From Macrostomum lignano (taxonomy: Eukaryota), in the NCBI GenBank assembly GCA_002269645.1, contig NIVC01002769.1:78071-142070 (forward strand): DNA of 64,000 nucleotides, written 5' to 3'. The translations under genes and the position numbers were made by a program. Of this stretch, positions 38,388 to 50,800 are shown one piece after another (within the stretch, counting starts at the first letter, position 1; each line of letters starts with the position of its first letter). The notes beneath the pieces were generated by a model. It had not been told where the DNA came from and made no database searches. It saw nothing but the letters and a program-made list of their open reading frames with translations.

Positions 38388-40287
38388 ACAAATTAAAACA
38401 AAGCAAGTTTAGAGAAAAAGCGAAAGTGACGCGTGAAGAAATAAAATATCATAAATAATTATTTTAGAGGCAGGTGCAGGAGGTGGTGTGCCAAGAGTTA
38501 ACCGAGGTCTTTGTTATTAGTCACTCCTGTTAAGTCCATTTAAGTCCGCGACCCCTTAGTTGTAATCCTGACTCCATTAACCCTCTACGAAAAATGAAGC
38601 TAGTCCAGTCAATGGGATTAATTAGGAAGTTGCTTGCATTTTAATCATTTTCAATACCCAAAGAATCAGATTCCAATTCTATGCATTGAGTCTCGCGGAA
38701 CCACGAATGTTTTTATTTAAATAGCGTTTAAATTCAAGTTAAAGATGAATCAGTAACCGAATTTAGACAATCCAGTGAAATGTCGGTGTCTTCAGTGTCA
38801 TCAAAACAACCAAATAAAACTTCGAGCAGGAGCTCGGGTCAGACTTGATCCGCTCAGCTCATCCTGCTGTATGAATCGAAACTCTGAAATTTTTCAGTCG
38901 AAGTTGCAATTGGGAAATCTGGAATTAATTCTGAAAATGATTTGGATATGTATCTAAATCCTTGATTAGCTAATGAGGCCGTATGTCAAGTTCAGGATAA
39001 ATACTGGGTATTCAATCACTGGAGATATGGCCGACTTACGCTTATTGATTGCTTCTCCTGCTGCCTCTGCCGCTGCATCTGCTGTAAAATGCTCATCACT
39101 TTCTCTAACTTTTTGTCCATTTTCTCGTTGTCCTCTCTCTGAGCAACGAGCACATCCTGCCGCAAGTCCTTGACCTGGTTCTCAACGTGCGCCTTGAGCA
39201 CATCGATGTCTCCTTTGTTCCGCTCCACAGGCCACTGCAGCCGGGGCCGGTGGTCTCGCAGCTGCTCAGCCTGGTAGATCAGGAAGCGCTTGAAGTCCTT
39301 GGGGTAGCCGCTGAAGTCTTCTTTGTGCTGCCACCACGGCTGGAACGGAAAAGTGTCTTATCTGATGTCACTGTATATTGAAAAAACGAACAAAAAGTGT
39401 CTGAAAAATGATTTTGGAATTGAAAGTAACGAAGCACTCCGTCCTGATCAGTTAAGCATGAAAAATTTGTCAGCCTAAAGCATAATATGACATAAAATTA
39501 GAACGCTGCTCGGTAAAAGCTGCTTACCTCAGAATCTTCATCACCAGCAACTGGGAAATATTCAGCGGAGCAAGGCTGGCACCGACAAGCGTAGCACCTT
39601 TGCAGAAGTTTCCAGGCGTAGTGTGGGAACGACAGCGGTGGCGGAACTGGACTGACCTCCGCGAACTCCCGCAGCAGATTGAACAGATTCTTGCGCCAGA
39701 GAGCCTCCGCCCTGCTCGCCAACTCCGTCACGGTGCGGCTGAACAGCGCGATCAGCAGATTCCACATCACTATGGTGACCAGAAGGAGATACACGAACAC
39801 CAGAATTCCGTTGTAAGCCTTATTTCCAGCTTCATCCGCACAGGACTCTCCAGTCGCGAGGCTGCTGGAGTTGCACGACTCGAACTGCGCGCTCTCCACC
39901 ATTCCGAAGGCCAGAGACACGGGCACCGTGAAAATCTTTGTCAGAACCTGAGCATCTCTTGAGTCTGAAAAGGCCGGAAACAGCAGGTTGAAGAAGAAGA
40001 TGCCGAATGAGTACACCAGCACCAGCAAGACCAGCATGAATGGCACCAGGTCGCTGAACAGCAAGCTCTTTAGCATACATGCGCAACTGCTGGCCGACCT
40101 GGCCGATCCGGCCACCGTAAATTGTGGCTGACCAGGGGTAAGTCGCAAAATTGAGTCAACCAAAAACAGAAAAACACAAGAACCAAGAAAGGCAAGAGGA
40201 AAGCGAAAGAAAGAGCAGTTCAGGGAAAATGGTGAAGCAAAAGAAAAACAATTCGCAAAAGAAGCAAACTAAGTTGTAAAAATAATC

Positions 40288-40568
40288 AGGTAAGTCGCAA
40301 AAAGGATCAGGTAAGTCGCAACAGGAATCAGGTAAGTCGCAAAAGGGTTAGGTAAGTCGCAAAAAGGATTAGGTAAGTCCCAAAAAGGATTAGGTAAGTC
40401 CCAAAAAGGATTAGGTAAGTCGCAAAAGGATCAGCTAAGTCGCAAAAGGGTTAGGTAAGTCGCAAAAGGGTTAGATAAGTCGCAAAAGGATTAAGTAAGT
40501 CGCAAAAAGGATTAGGTAAGTCGCAAAAAGAAGCAACTAAGTCGCAATAAGAGGAAAGTAAGTCACAA
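40288..40568 (+). repeat. Subterminal tandem repeat, 20-21 bp unit AGGTAAGTCGCAAAAAGGATT, about 14 copies
   Basis: Direct inspection; the TAAGTCGCA motif also recurs at about 40139, 41981 and 42005. Confidence 0.92.
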
Positions 40569-40789
40569 TCAGAGGCAATCAGGGGGTAGTAGGTGCAAGT
40601 GTGGCAGGAGAGCAAAAACAGAATAGAAGCCTTCAACCACAGACAAGATCTTTGAAATCAGAAGCCCGCGTCATTTCTTAAACTCTGGAGCAGGGGTCGG
40701 CAAACTCCGGCTCGCGAAGCCCCTCTATCTGGCCCTCGCCCCTCGGGTTCTTTGAAACTTCCTAACTACGAGTAGCAAGGTTGGTGTCT

Positions 40790-41465
40790 CTTCAACTCTC
40801 ATCTCTCTCTTCTTCTCTACCTTGCCTCCCCTCTTCTCTCTCTCCCCCTTTTCCCTCTTCTCTCTCCTCTCATTTTTACTCTCCTCTCTTCTCCCCCTTT
40901 CTCTCTACCCTTTCTCCTCAATGCCCTCTTCTCTCCTCTTATCTTCAGAAAAAATATGTGCATATTTTCTTACTTCAAAGTAGAGGGAATAGAAGATTAG
41001 AGATAAGCAAACAGAGGAGAGGCGAGCGATGCGATGGGAGAAAAGATAGAAGAGGAGAGAAAAGCTGAGGGAGGAAAAAGAGATGAGAGAGAAGAGGAGA
41101 TGAGAGAAAAGAGGAAAGAAAAGATGATGGATAAGATCAGAAGAGAGGAAAGAGGAAAGAGGAGAGAGTAGATGAGAGACGAGAGGATAAAGAGGAGATG
41201 AGAGGAGAGTGAAGAGAGGAGAGATGAGAGAGTAGAAAAGAGAGGAGAGATAATGAGAGAGTAGAGTGGAGAGAGACGAGAGGGAAGATAAGATGAGAGA
41301 GTAGAGTGGAATGGAGAGAGACGAGAGGAGAGATAAGAATGTAGAGAGGAGACAGAAGAGATAGGAGAGGAGAGGAAAGAGAGGAGAGAGGAGAGGAAAG
41401 AGAGAAGGGATAAGGGATGAGAGAGAAAAGAAAAAGAGGATGAGAAGATTGAGGAATGGAGAGAA
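40790..41465. repeat. Low-complexity polypyrimidine tract followed by a long polypurine tract
   Basis: CT-rich at 40790-40945, GA-rich at about 40975-41465. Confidence 0.9.
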
Positions 41466-43053
41466 TTTGCAAAGGCCTCAAATCTTAGTTTAACATGCAT
41501 TACTCCCATCTTTGCCTTTTTCCTAACTGTTAACAAGTTTTTGTTTGAGCATGACTTCAAATTTAGAATCTATGCAAAAATAGTTCCGGGAATTAGAATT
41601 CAGTGGTTTAAAAATCTGTGGGTTTTCACAGCTTGTATCTCTACTGGATTCGTATTCTGCATCTGATGAGCCATCTGAATCAGGGCTCTCATCTTCCATG
41701 CCAAATCGTCTAGCAAATCGTTCTTGAGCTATAGGTCACACTGTATTCACTTCACTTACTTCTGGACATTCATGAATCATGACTTTTGTAGTATGCTCAC
41801 TACACTGTACTGACAATTTACTAATTGCTTCATGCCGCCACTAGATGACACTGATTAGCTGTTATAAAAACGCGGAATCTGCACGCAGCACTAATTAGCT
41901 GGCGAGGCATTTACCTTAAAAAATATGGTCATAGTTACTCCTGCCGTTTACCTAAAGTTTTTGCTTGGCTCTTTCATAGGTAAGTCGCATTTTTTATCGA
42001 AAACTAAGTCGCACGGCCAGCGTAATTTCAGAAGTTGCGCATGTATGCTCTTTAGCATATTGATTTTCGGCCCGGTGACCTTGAAGTAGCTGAGCAGGGC
42101 CACGGAGCGGAAGCCGAGAAACAGGAATGAGACGCTGAGCACAACCTGGCAGCTTCGCAGGAGGCTGGAGTCGCTCAGGTGGCCGAGCAGCTTCAGGACC
42201 AGACCTGCCCACATCAGCAGCAGCCCAGCCATGTCGAAGTAGTTGAACAGGTCAATGAAGTAGCGTGGAATTCTTATGTCAAGCCCGAGTATTGTCAAGT
42301 CCTTCAGAGAAATACTGTTAATAAGTTGATTGACTTCCTGCAGCGTGAACGACAGTGCGTACAACAGCAGGATGATGTCTGGCACTGGAGATTGTTGAGT
42401 CCGACTGAAGTCCGTCACGTACCAGGCAAAGTAGAGCAGGAAGACCAGGAAGGAGATGGAGTAGATGATGAATCGCTGTTGAATTGTGACTTTTGCTGCA
42501 ATGTTGCAGGTGCAACAGCGTTGAGGTCTGCTCCACGACAACGGTGGATGCCTCTTCCAATGCTACTCCACCAAATTGCTGATGCACTTAGTTGCGAACA
42601 AGTCGTCGCAGTCAAGAGTCTCTACAAGGTCCATGACTGATTTGAACTTTTGAGACGCTGTATCATTTTCGGAAGAAAGTTTCCGTGCTTCGTTGCTCCT
42701 TTTCTGTTGAGGCTTGTCATTGTCCGCATGGGAGCTTTCCCGTCGCAGGAGTGATGAATGAGGTGCCAAAAACCTCGGCCCAGCATTGCGCTGGTCTTCC
42801 GAGAGACGAAACGAACCAGTCAGGTAGGTGAACAGAAGTTCTCGCGTGTCTTCATCAGCATTTGCGTAAAGGTGGTCCAGAATGTTGATAATGGTGTTAT
42901 AAGCTTGAAGTTGCACTCTCTGAAGAATCTCACTCTTATCGACTTTCGTCTTTAGGTAAGTGAGCAGTCTCAGGGTCTGAGGAATGATGTCGAATTGAGG
43001 CAACAACATGAGGTCAGTGAGAAGCTTTGGCTTCTCGAGCAGCACAGCGTATT

Positions 43054-44852
43054 CACGGACTACTTAAGTAGAAGGACGCGACACGCGCAAAACGTGCAAA
43101 TTTTATTGGAGGCTGAATATTCAATTTTATGTAGCTCGACTCCAGAAACTCGCCGAAGTGTAGTTTTTTCACATGATACAAATAATTTAGTCCTTGTTCA
43201 TGTAACATATGTAATGAATGATTAAAACGATGCAGAAACCTTAGAAATTAGTTTCAAGCGACGAAAACTAACTTTTTCTGGTGAGTTTCGAGTCTCGACG
43301 TGCGGCATTTGTAGCACAAAATATAGCTCTTCATTTTGATATAGCACTTATTTTAAGTGATTCTTTTAGCTGTTCATTGTTACTGTGAAGCGGACCTTTT
43401 TGACCTGGTCATAAGAAAACCTATCGCAAGATGTACAGACATATAACAGATACCACTGATTCTGCGCCAATCGTATCGGATAAATAGAGTCAAGACGAAC
43501 TAAGACGAAAGATTTTAAGAACACGAAGAACACGAACAGCAGTACAGTGACAGTTGTAAAACCTCAGCCTTGGACACTTCATTGTCACAACAGTTCTGGA
43601 GCATCCTCCTTAAGATGTGTGTACACTTGTTTGTGAGGAAGCCAACCACTCGAGTATTTGTTCCATGTATACAAAATAGCAACCTCCATGGCCTTGCCTA
43701 TAGATAGAGAATTCTTTCTCCAGACCATCCAATTGAAAGTCACCTGAAAAGGATAAGGAAAATAGCTGCATAGCATGAATACTTAATGATACACAACCTA
43801 AATAAAACAAGTTAATACTTATAATATTATTCATACCTAGCATGACATTTAAATTGGAAGTGAGATAAATTGAATTTATTAATTAAGTGAGTTAAATTGA
43901 AAGTGGATATATTGTGACATCTGAATACAATACTTCCATGGGTGACCATGTAACTGCTGCCCCCCCCCCTTAACCAGAGATAGTGTGTCGCCATTGAATT
44001 TTTATATATTAACAGAAAAACTGATTAAAACAATTTAGGCCCTATATGCCTCTGAAAGAATATAAGATGAGTAAGTTCTTAAAAACATAAATATCTATAA
44101 GTTCTATAGCAAAAATATTAATGCAGTATATATTTTTGAAGCATGGGGCTATAATTATAAATAGACTGACATGAGTCATAAAAAATATATAGGTTTACCA
44201 GTAAAATGATTAATAAGAATAGAATACTTAAAGTTAAATACTTATATTAATAGGCCTATATTTTATAAATTATCTTAGTCTAAGCCTAGCTAAGTCAATA
44301 ATAGATAGAAGAGATAGCTTATAGGTTTACCAAGAATACCAACTAATGCCAATGGTAATGATATACAATAGTTAGCTAGGCCCTATACCTAGATAATGTA
44401 GATATAGGCCTATGCCTAATAGTTTAATAATGAAATACTGCAGGCCCCTATGCTGTAATAACAAATAGCTACATTATATTTTATCATCGCCAGGGTAGTA
44501 GCAGTGGGCCCTGACTAGCAAATGTTGATAAATTTCCAAAAAGTATACTTGCATAGATGGCCTATGCCTCCTATGGTCTACATACAAATTCTAATTTAAA
44601 TTAGGTTAGGCTAGCTATGTATAAACGATACATTTCTAAACAGTACTAAGCTAGACGGAAATTATGTATTGATAAAAAATGGGACAAAAACAAAAAACAC
44701 TCTAAAAACTAAAAAGATCTGCATTCTATGATAAAAACATTTCAATGCCCTGCTAAATCTATAGTATACGCTAAGGGAAATTCAGCCTCCAAAAAAAATT
44801 ACACGAATCGTGCGTGTTGCGTCCTATATAAACGACAATTAAGTAGTCCGTG
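43054..44852. mobile_element. Non-autonomous DNA transposon, 1799 bp, 14-bp TIR, 8-bp TSD (hAT- or P-like)
   Basis: TIR CACGGACTACTTAA / TTAAGTAGTCCGTG; TSD AGCGTATT at 43046-43053 and 44853-44860; empty site in the paralogue at about 60609-60617; AT-rich non-coding interior. Confidence 0.9.
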
Positions 44853-47800
44853 AGCGTATTCCATCAGCACAAGAGCTTTCGAATTTCCGTCTTGTACTGA
44901 ATAATATTGCTCCAAAGTAGTCATAATCGGAGACTTAGCATTCGGCTGCTTTTTGCTGATCTGTGCTAAAATATGCTTAGAAAACTGGTCATCAATCTCA
45001 TCATTGACAAGGCCCAAACTGATCAAGCTGCGCAGCATTTCAGTTGAGTCAAGCTCGAAGGCCTTGAACAGCATCTGTACTTCAGGAGACTCTTCTGTCT
45101 TCGACATGCGTTCAACATCGTGCTCAGTCTTTTTATCATTTTTCTTTCTGCCTTCTTGAGAGTTTCTTGGTGCAGAAGTTCTTCTATCAATCTGAATGCT
45201 GGCCTTAAGTGAGGAGTCAGTAAATTTAGTCAGGTGATTCCGTGCGCTCTGCTTGTCAGGAAGTTTCAGTGCCTTCTTTGCTACATCCACTAACGTGAGC
45301 AGTTCCCTGAGGCTGAAGGAATTCTCTGTCGGAAATTTATTGATATCATTTGCTACCTCAATGAGAACTTCGAGTTTCCCCTTGTTGCAAGCGAAATCGA
45401 CGCATGTCTGCCCAGCTGCCGTCTCATCCTGCAGTTTTGCACCATTCTGAAGAAGGTATTCGATGTTCTCTTTGTGACCAGACTTGCAAGCAAAGTGGAG
45501 ACACGTTGCTCCTTTAAGAGGACCGTCGGAGACACGAACAGCTAAAAGTTTTTCAGAACTGAGACCACAGAGATTTCCTAATTCTTGTGCAATTATTTGA
45601 AGGTCGTATGTTGAACAAAAAACGTGAGCAACGTGCAGACCCTCCGAGTTTCTTTGAAGGTTTTTGAAAGCTACTCGTATTGACGACGATCTCCTCAGAG
45701 CATTTAAAACTTCTTTTAAGTGAATTTCATTTGCTTCTGAAGAGAACAGACAGTTGTGATTCCTCTTGTTCTCGGCTGCAGGATCAACACGCAGTTCGAT
45801 GCGATCAGTGAGCATTTCCAGTTCATCTGATGTCCGAAATTCATTCAGTTTTCCGAACAGTGCATGCAGCATAGTATTGCCATCTAAGTCAGTTTCACGC
45901 ATATCTACCAGATCTTCTTTGTCCACCTTTTTGAGCTGCTCAAGCAGCCATCGTAAAACATCCGGAAACGTGCTGTTAAAGACGGAAACGAAAAACTGGG
46001 TTTGCTGCAAATCATTGGCGACTGTCAAGCAGTCTCTCCATGAAAGCTTCTGAATCAGAACAGAGATGGTCGAAGAGATGGTCGACACGTTTTGGCAACA
46101 AAAAGCGTAATGAATGGGAGTGTTTCCATCATCATCTCTGGAAAGGAACTGCTGCGTATTTTTAACTTCGGAAGCGAGCCACGTTAGCGGTGAAGGATCC
46201 CAACTGTTTTCAGCTGCTACATGCAAAATTGTTCGGTTTCTGGGGCCTTTGGCCAAAATGCACTTTTGCAAATCGAGTTCTGTTGCCATTGCCTGAAGAG
46301 TGTCTAACTTTTGGCATTTAAAAGCAACGTGCACGGCACTGTCTCCATCGTCATCTGGATCGAAGAATCGTTTCTTGTCCCCAACTTCGGAAACAAGCCA
46401 GAGAAGCACTGACGGATCCTCACTGTTTTCAGCTGCGGCGTGCAAAATTGTTTGTTTTCTATGGCTTTTCACAGCAAAGCAGTTTTGTAAACCGAGTTCC
46501 TCTGCCAATTTCTGAAGAGTGTTGAATTCTCGGCATTTAAAAGCAACATACACGGCACTCTCTCCATCGTCATCTGGATCGAAGAATCGTTTCTTGTCCC
46601 CAACTTCGGAAACAAGCCAGAGAAGCACTGACGGATCCTCACTGTTTTCAGCTGCGGCGTGCAAAATTGTTTGTTTTCTATGGCTTTTCACAGCAACGCA
46701 GTTTTGTAAACCGAGTTCCTCTGCCAATTTCTTAAGAGTGTCCAATTTTTGGCAATTGAAAGCAACATACACGGCGCTCTTCTCGTCCTCATCTGGATCG
46801 AAGAATCGCTGCTTGTCTTCCACTTCTGAAAGAAGCCCCAGCAGCACTGATGGATCCTCATGTTCTTGAGCTGCAGAGTGCAAAATTGTTCTCTTTTTGG
46901 GGCCTGTAACAGAAATAAACTTCTGCAAACCGAGTTTCGTTGCTAATTTATTAAGAGTCTCCAAGTCTTGGCATTTAAAAGCAACATCCACGGCACTTTT
47001 CCCATTCTCGTTTGGATCAAAGAATCGCTGCTTGTCTTCAATTTCAGAAACAAGCCACAGTAGCACTGACGGATCTTCACTGTTTTTTGCTGCGGCGTGC
47101 AAAATTGTTTGTTTTCTATGGCTTTTCACAGCAACGCAGTTTTGTAAACCGAGTTCCTCTGCCAATTTCTGAAGAGTGTCGAATTCTTGGCATTTAAAAG
47201 CAACATACACGGCACTTTTCCCATCCTCGTCTGGATCGAAGAATCGCTGCTTGTCTTCCACTTCTGAAAGAAGCCACAGCAGCACTGATGGATCCTCATG
47301 TTCTTGAGCTGCAGAGTGCAAAATTGTTCTCTTTTTGGGGCCTGAAACAGAAATAAACTTCTGCAAACCGAGTTTTGTTGCCAATGTCCGAAGGGTCTCC
47401 AAGTGTTGGTCTCTGAGAGCAACATACACGGCACTCTCTCCATCATCGTCTGGATCGAAGAATCGCTGCTTGTCTTTAACTTCGGAAGCGAGCCAAAGAA
47501 GCACTGACGGATTGTATATGTTGTGAGCTGCTTCATGCAAAAGTGTTCGGTTTTTGGGGCCTTTAATGCTAAGGCATTTTTTAAAATCCAGGTTTGAAAC
47601 CAACGTTTGAAGAGTGTCCAATTTATGATGTTTGAAAGCAACGTACACCGCACTCTCTCCATCATTGTCCAGATCGAAAAATCGCTGCTTGTCTTCAAGT
47701 GCACAAACAAGCCAAAGAAATGCCGACGGATTCTCGCTGTTTTTAGCTGCGGAGTGCAAAATCGTTCGATTTCTCGAGCCTTTGGCGGAAAGGCAGTTTT

Positions 47801-50800
47801 GCAAATCGAGTTCCTTTGCTAATGTCTGAAATGTCTTCAAGTCTTGATTTTCAAATGCAGCATACACGACAGTTTCTCCATCCTCGTCTGGATTGAAGAA
47901 TCGCTGCTTGTCTTCCACTTCGGAAACGAGCCACAAAAGCACTGACGGATTTTCACTGTTTTCAGCTGCCGCATGCAAAATTGTCCGACTTCTGGGACCT
48001 TTGGCGGAACCGCAGCTTTGCAAACCGAGCTCTGTTGTCAATGCCTGAAGAGTGTCCAACTCTTGGTAATTGAAAGCAACATGCACGACACTCTTTCCAT
48101 CATTGTATTGAATGAAGAACTGCCATTCGCCTTTTATTGTGGAAGCAAGCAAGCGAAGCAAATCTGGGTTTTTGCTGTTATGAGCAGAAATGTGCAAAGG
48201 TGTTTTCATATCAGCATTCAGCTTTTTGACCAGCTGTTGTCCACATTTGTCCCAAATAATTTGCAGTGCCTGGACTGTCGAATCTGTCTGCTTGCAGCAG
48301 CAGGCAAAGTGAAGCATGTTGTTGAATTTATCGCTTCTCAGTCTGAGGCACAGATCAGGAAGCCTGTCTGTCAAGACTTTTAACAGCTGGATATCGGACG
48401 TGACAGCTGCCAAAAACAGCAGTGCCTTCGCTTGTACTCGTATATCATTCTGATCCTCAATGCACGTTTTTAGTGTCGTTGCTATTCTGTTCTGCTCCTC
48501 AATGTCGTCATTCTTGCAAGCTTGGCGCAACTCCTTGTGCCATTCTCTGCACTTACTGTCTGCGTCGCTCCAGATGGATTTGAAATCGAATTCATGCAGT
48601 CCAAACTGGCTTAAGTCGAAGTCCTCATTATCCATTAGGAGCGTCTGGCACAGCTGTGAATTCTCCTGGCAGTAAAACAGCAATCGGTTTTTTAGAATTA
48701 GGCCAACAAAATAATGCGTGAGCAGGAAATAACTTACTTCAAATATACAATGTAAAATCCAGTAAAAGTAGTGCTGAGGCGTTTCTATGTTCCCCTGTAG
48801 GTACAAAAAGACTTACGGACATTTCCTCTCAGGCATTTCCCTTTTTGGCATCACCCTCTCGACAGTAGTATGGTGTAGTAGAGAGAGATGGATATTGGAG
48901 TTGCAGTGGTCGTGAGTTCAACGCACGACTTATAGCGTAGAGAAATGAACTTTAGCTACTACAAGCTGAGATTTTCATAAATACTTCACTTTATAACACG
49001 GTTCATTGTCAAAATAAAAATTTTGTAAATTTCGTTCAAATAAAATGTACAATAACCTTACAGGGTATACATTAAATCAGCAAGTAGAGCTGCAAACCGG
49101 ATCCCATTCTTGTCAAAGTGGACGTCAACAAAGCACCTAAAGGATTCCTGCAGTATTGTGTTCGTTTACGTTTCAACTACTCGTAATTTATCCTAACAGT
49201 AGATTTTCAAAATTGATACAGTCTATGTGCTATTGGTAAAGTAAGCTAAGTATTTTAAAACAAAGTTCCAATGCTTTACTACCATTCACAAGAAAACATC
49301 ACCATGCATATAAAGTTTTAAGGACCATATCTAATATTAATACTTTTCTCTAGGGACTAACTGTGCACTTTATAGCGCAAAGCCTTTGGCGACATCGTTC
49401 CAACAACCAGCACAGAGGCAATTCTGCACATTCTGCTGACTCAAGCTCGCCAAGACTGTACGCAACTGGGCACTCGTACACACGCTCACACAGGGTGTAC
49501 AGGCTGGCCTTGAATTTCTTAGCGCCAAGGGGCTGTACACTTTCTGCGCCTTGTGCATTTTGTGCTCCAGAATCAGAGTTGTCTACCGCTGAGCTGCTCT
49601 ACCGGCCCCTAACCACAGGTGAAGCTCCTGACCACACTGTCTTGCCATAAATTGCCGAAAAACGCCATGTAATCCCATGCAAGTTAAGTCGGTTGATTGA
49701 AGCATCTCAAACTTTTGACAGGCATCTATAAGCACATTGTGAGGATGTAAATCTTATGAGGATCCGGAATGTTTAGATGATCTACTAGAGGGCAAGCCTG
49801 ATGCGGCCTTCTGAACTGCTGCGCGAGCGGCGACACTTCGACTGGCTGGCCACGTCATGTTGTCGAAAGCTGCGGCGGGGAGCCGCTGCATTGACGTGCT
49901 GCTGCTTCCAGCGGCAGGGACCGCGTAGGCAAGGCCAAGGGCGAACGGCTCGCTACATTGACAGATTCATAAAGGAGGACGCTAGCGCCCATGACCACGC
50001 GGGTGGGTGTGAATTTTTGATGGACCCTGACCCATCTGACTCCTCCCCCCTTCTGGCCACTTCGTGTGATCGGTGGGATGGGTTCTTAGTTGTTATTGTT
50101 GAACACATGATTGTTTGAACTGAGTACTACGGCTTATAGCCTACGAGTACAAAAAGGCTACAAGGCTTCTTGATGACCTTTGCGACTTTCACAACAGGGG
50201 CTGCTGCGACTTTCATAGCCGAAAGGGATGTGAAGCTCTCACAGTCCACTGGCACGGGAGCTTATGCCCCGTGCTTCGAACTGATGATAAAACGTTTCTC
50301 ATACCTCAAACTCGCTACTCTTAGTAGCAGATCGCTTCCCAGTCACTCGGTCTCATTCTCTCGACCAGGCTACAAAAGTGCTTTTCACCAAATTCTTACC
50401 TCTGCGAGGCAAAGAGTCAAATTTACGAGTAGGAGTAGGCAGAGAGAGAACAATCGAGCATAAACAAAAGCTTTGTTGACTAAAGTGAGAATTAAGTTTT
50501 AACAGAAAGTGGAATTATGAACAGTCGCAGTCGCAGCAAAATCTGAGGCTGACTCTCGTCTTCTTCCTCGTCTATCTCTTTCTACATTAATTTAAACACT
50601 ACTGCTAGACCTAGAGTAATGGATCAATGCTAATGAGAATGAAAATCAACAAGATCGGATATCGTACATGTACTACGTCTCTTGTACATGTATGTAAATA
50701 GAAACCCCCATCAGCGAGACAGCTGATTCAAGCCCTCAGTTACACCCGGGCAGTTTCAGCCCAGTTTCATGGACTCAACAGCATATTGATAAGCGTACAG

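Larger units (their letters stand above)
40075..42046. mobile_element. Non-autonomous DNA transposon, 1972 bp, 14-bp TIR, 10-bp TSD (MULE-like by TSD length)
   Basis: TIR ATACATGCGCAACT / AGTTGCGCATGTAT; TSD GCTCTTTAGC at 40065-40074 and 42047-42056; single empty site in the paralogue at about 59610-59620. Confidence 0.9.
39016..48665 (-). pseudogene. Ankyrin-array TRPM-like channel, copy 1, disrupted (coding pieces 48665-44853, 43053-42047, 40074-39528, 39339-39016)
   Basis: Collinear with 58592-64000. Two TSD-flanked insertions in the large exon and a CAG>TAG nonsense at 42563-42565. The final intron 39527-39340 (GTAAGC..CCAG) is conserved. Acceptor CCAG|GAG at 48665, first Met at 48635. 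Confidence 0.88.

Noticed and set aside
40288-40568. CRISPR-like array of 20-21 bp repeats
   Set aside because: Units are head-to-tail without unique spacers, lie inside a TIR element, and there are no cas genes; the context is eukaryotic.
40997-41560. Ser/Leu-rich hydrophobic ORFs resembling membrane proteins
   Set aside because: Products of the GA/CT low-complexity tract inside a transposon.
40075-44852. The two exon insertions as self-removing introns (introner-like)
   Set aside because: On the gene strand the elements begin ATAC and CACG with no GT donor at or near the junction, and copy 1 also carries an independent nonsense codon.
48666-48806. N-terminal 47 aa of the 1335-aa ORF as real coding sequence
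   Set aside because: Non-ATG start and AT-rich, intron-like sequence ending in a good acceptor (TTTTACTGCCAG) at 48666.
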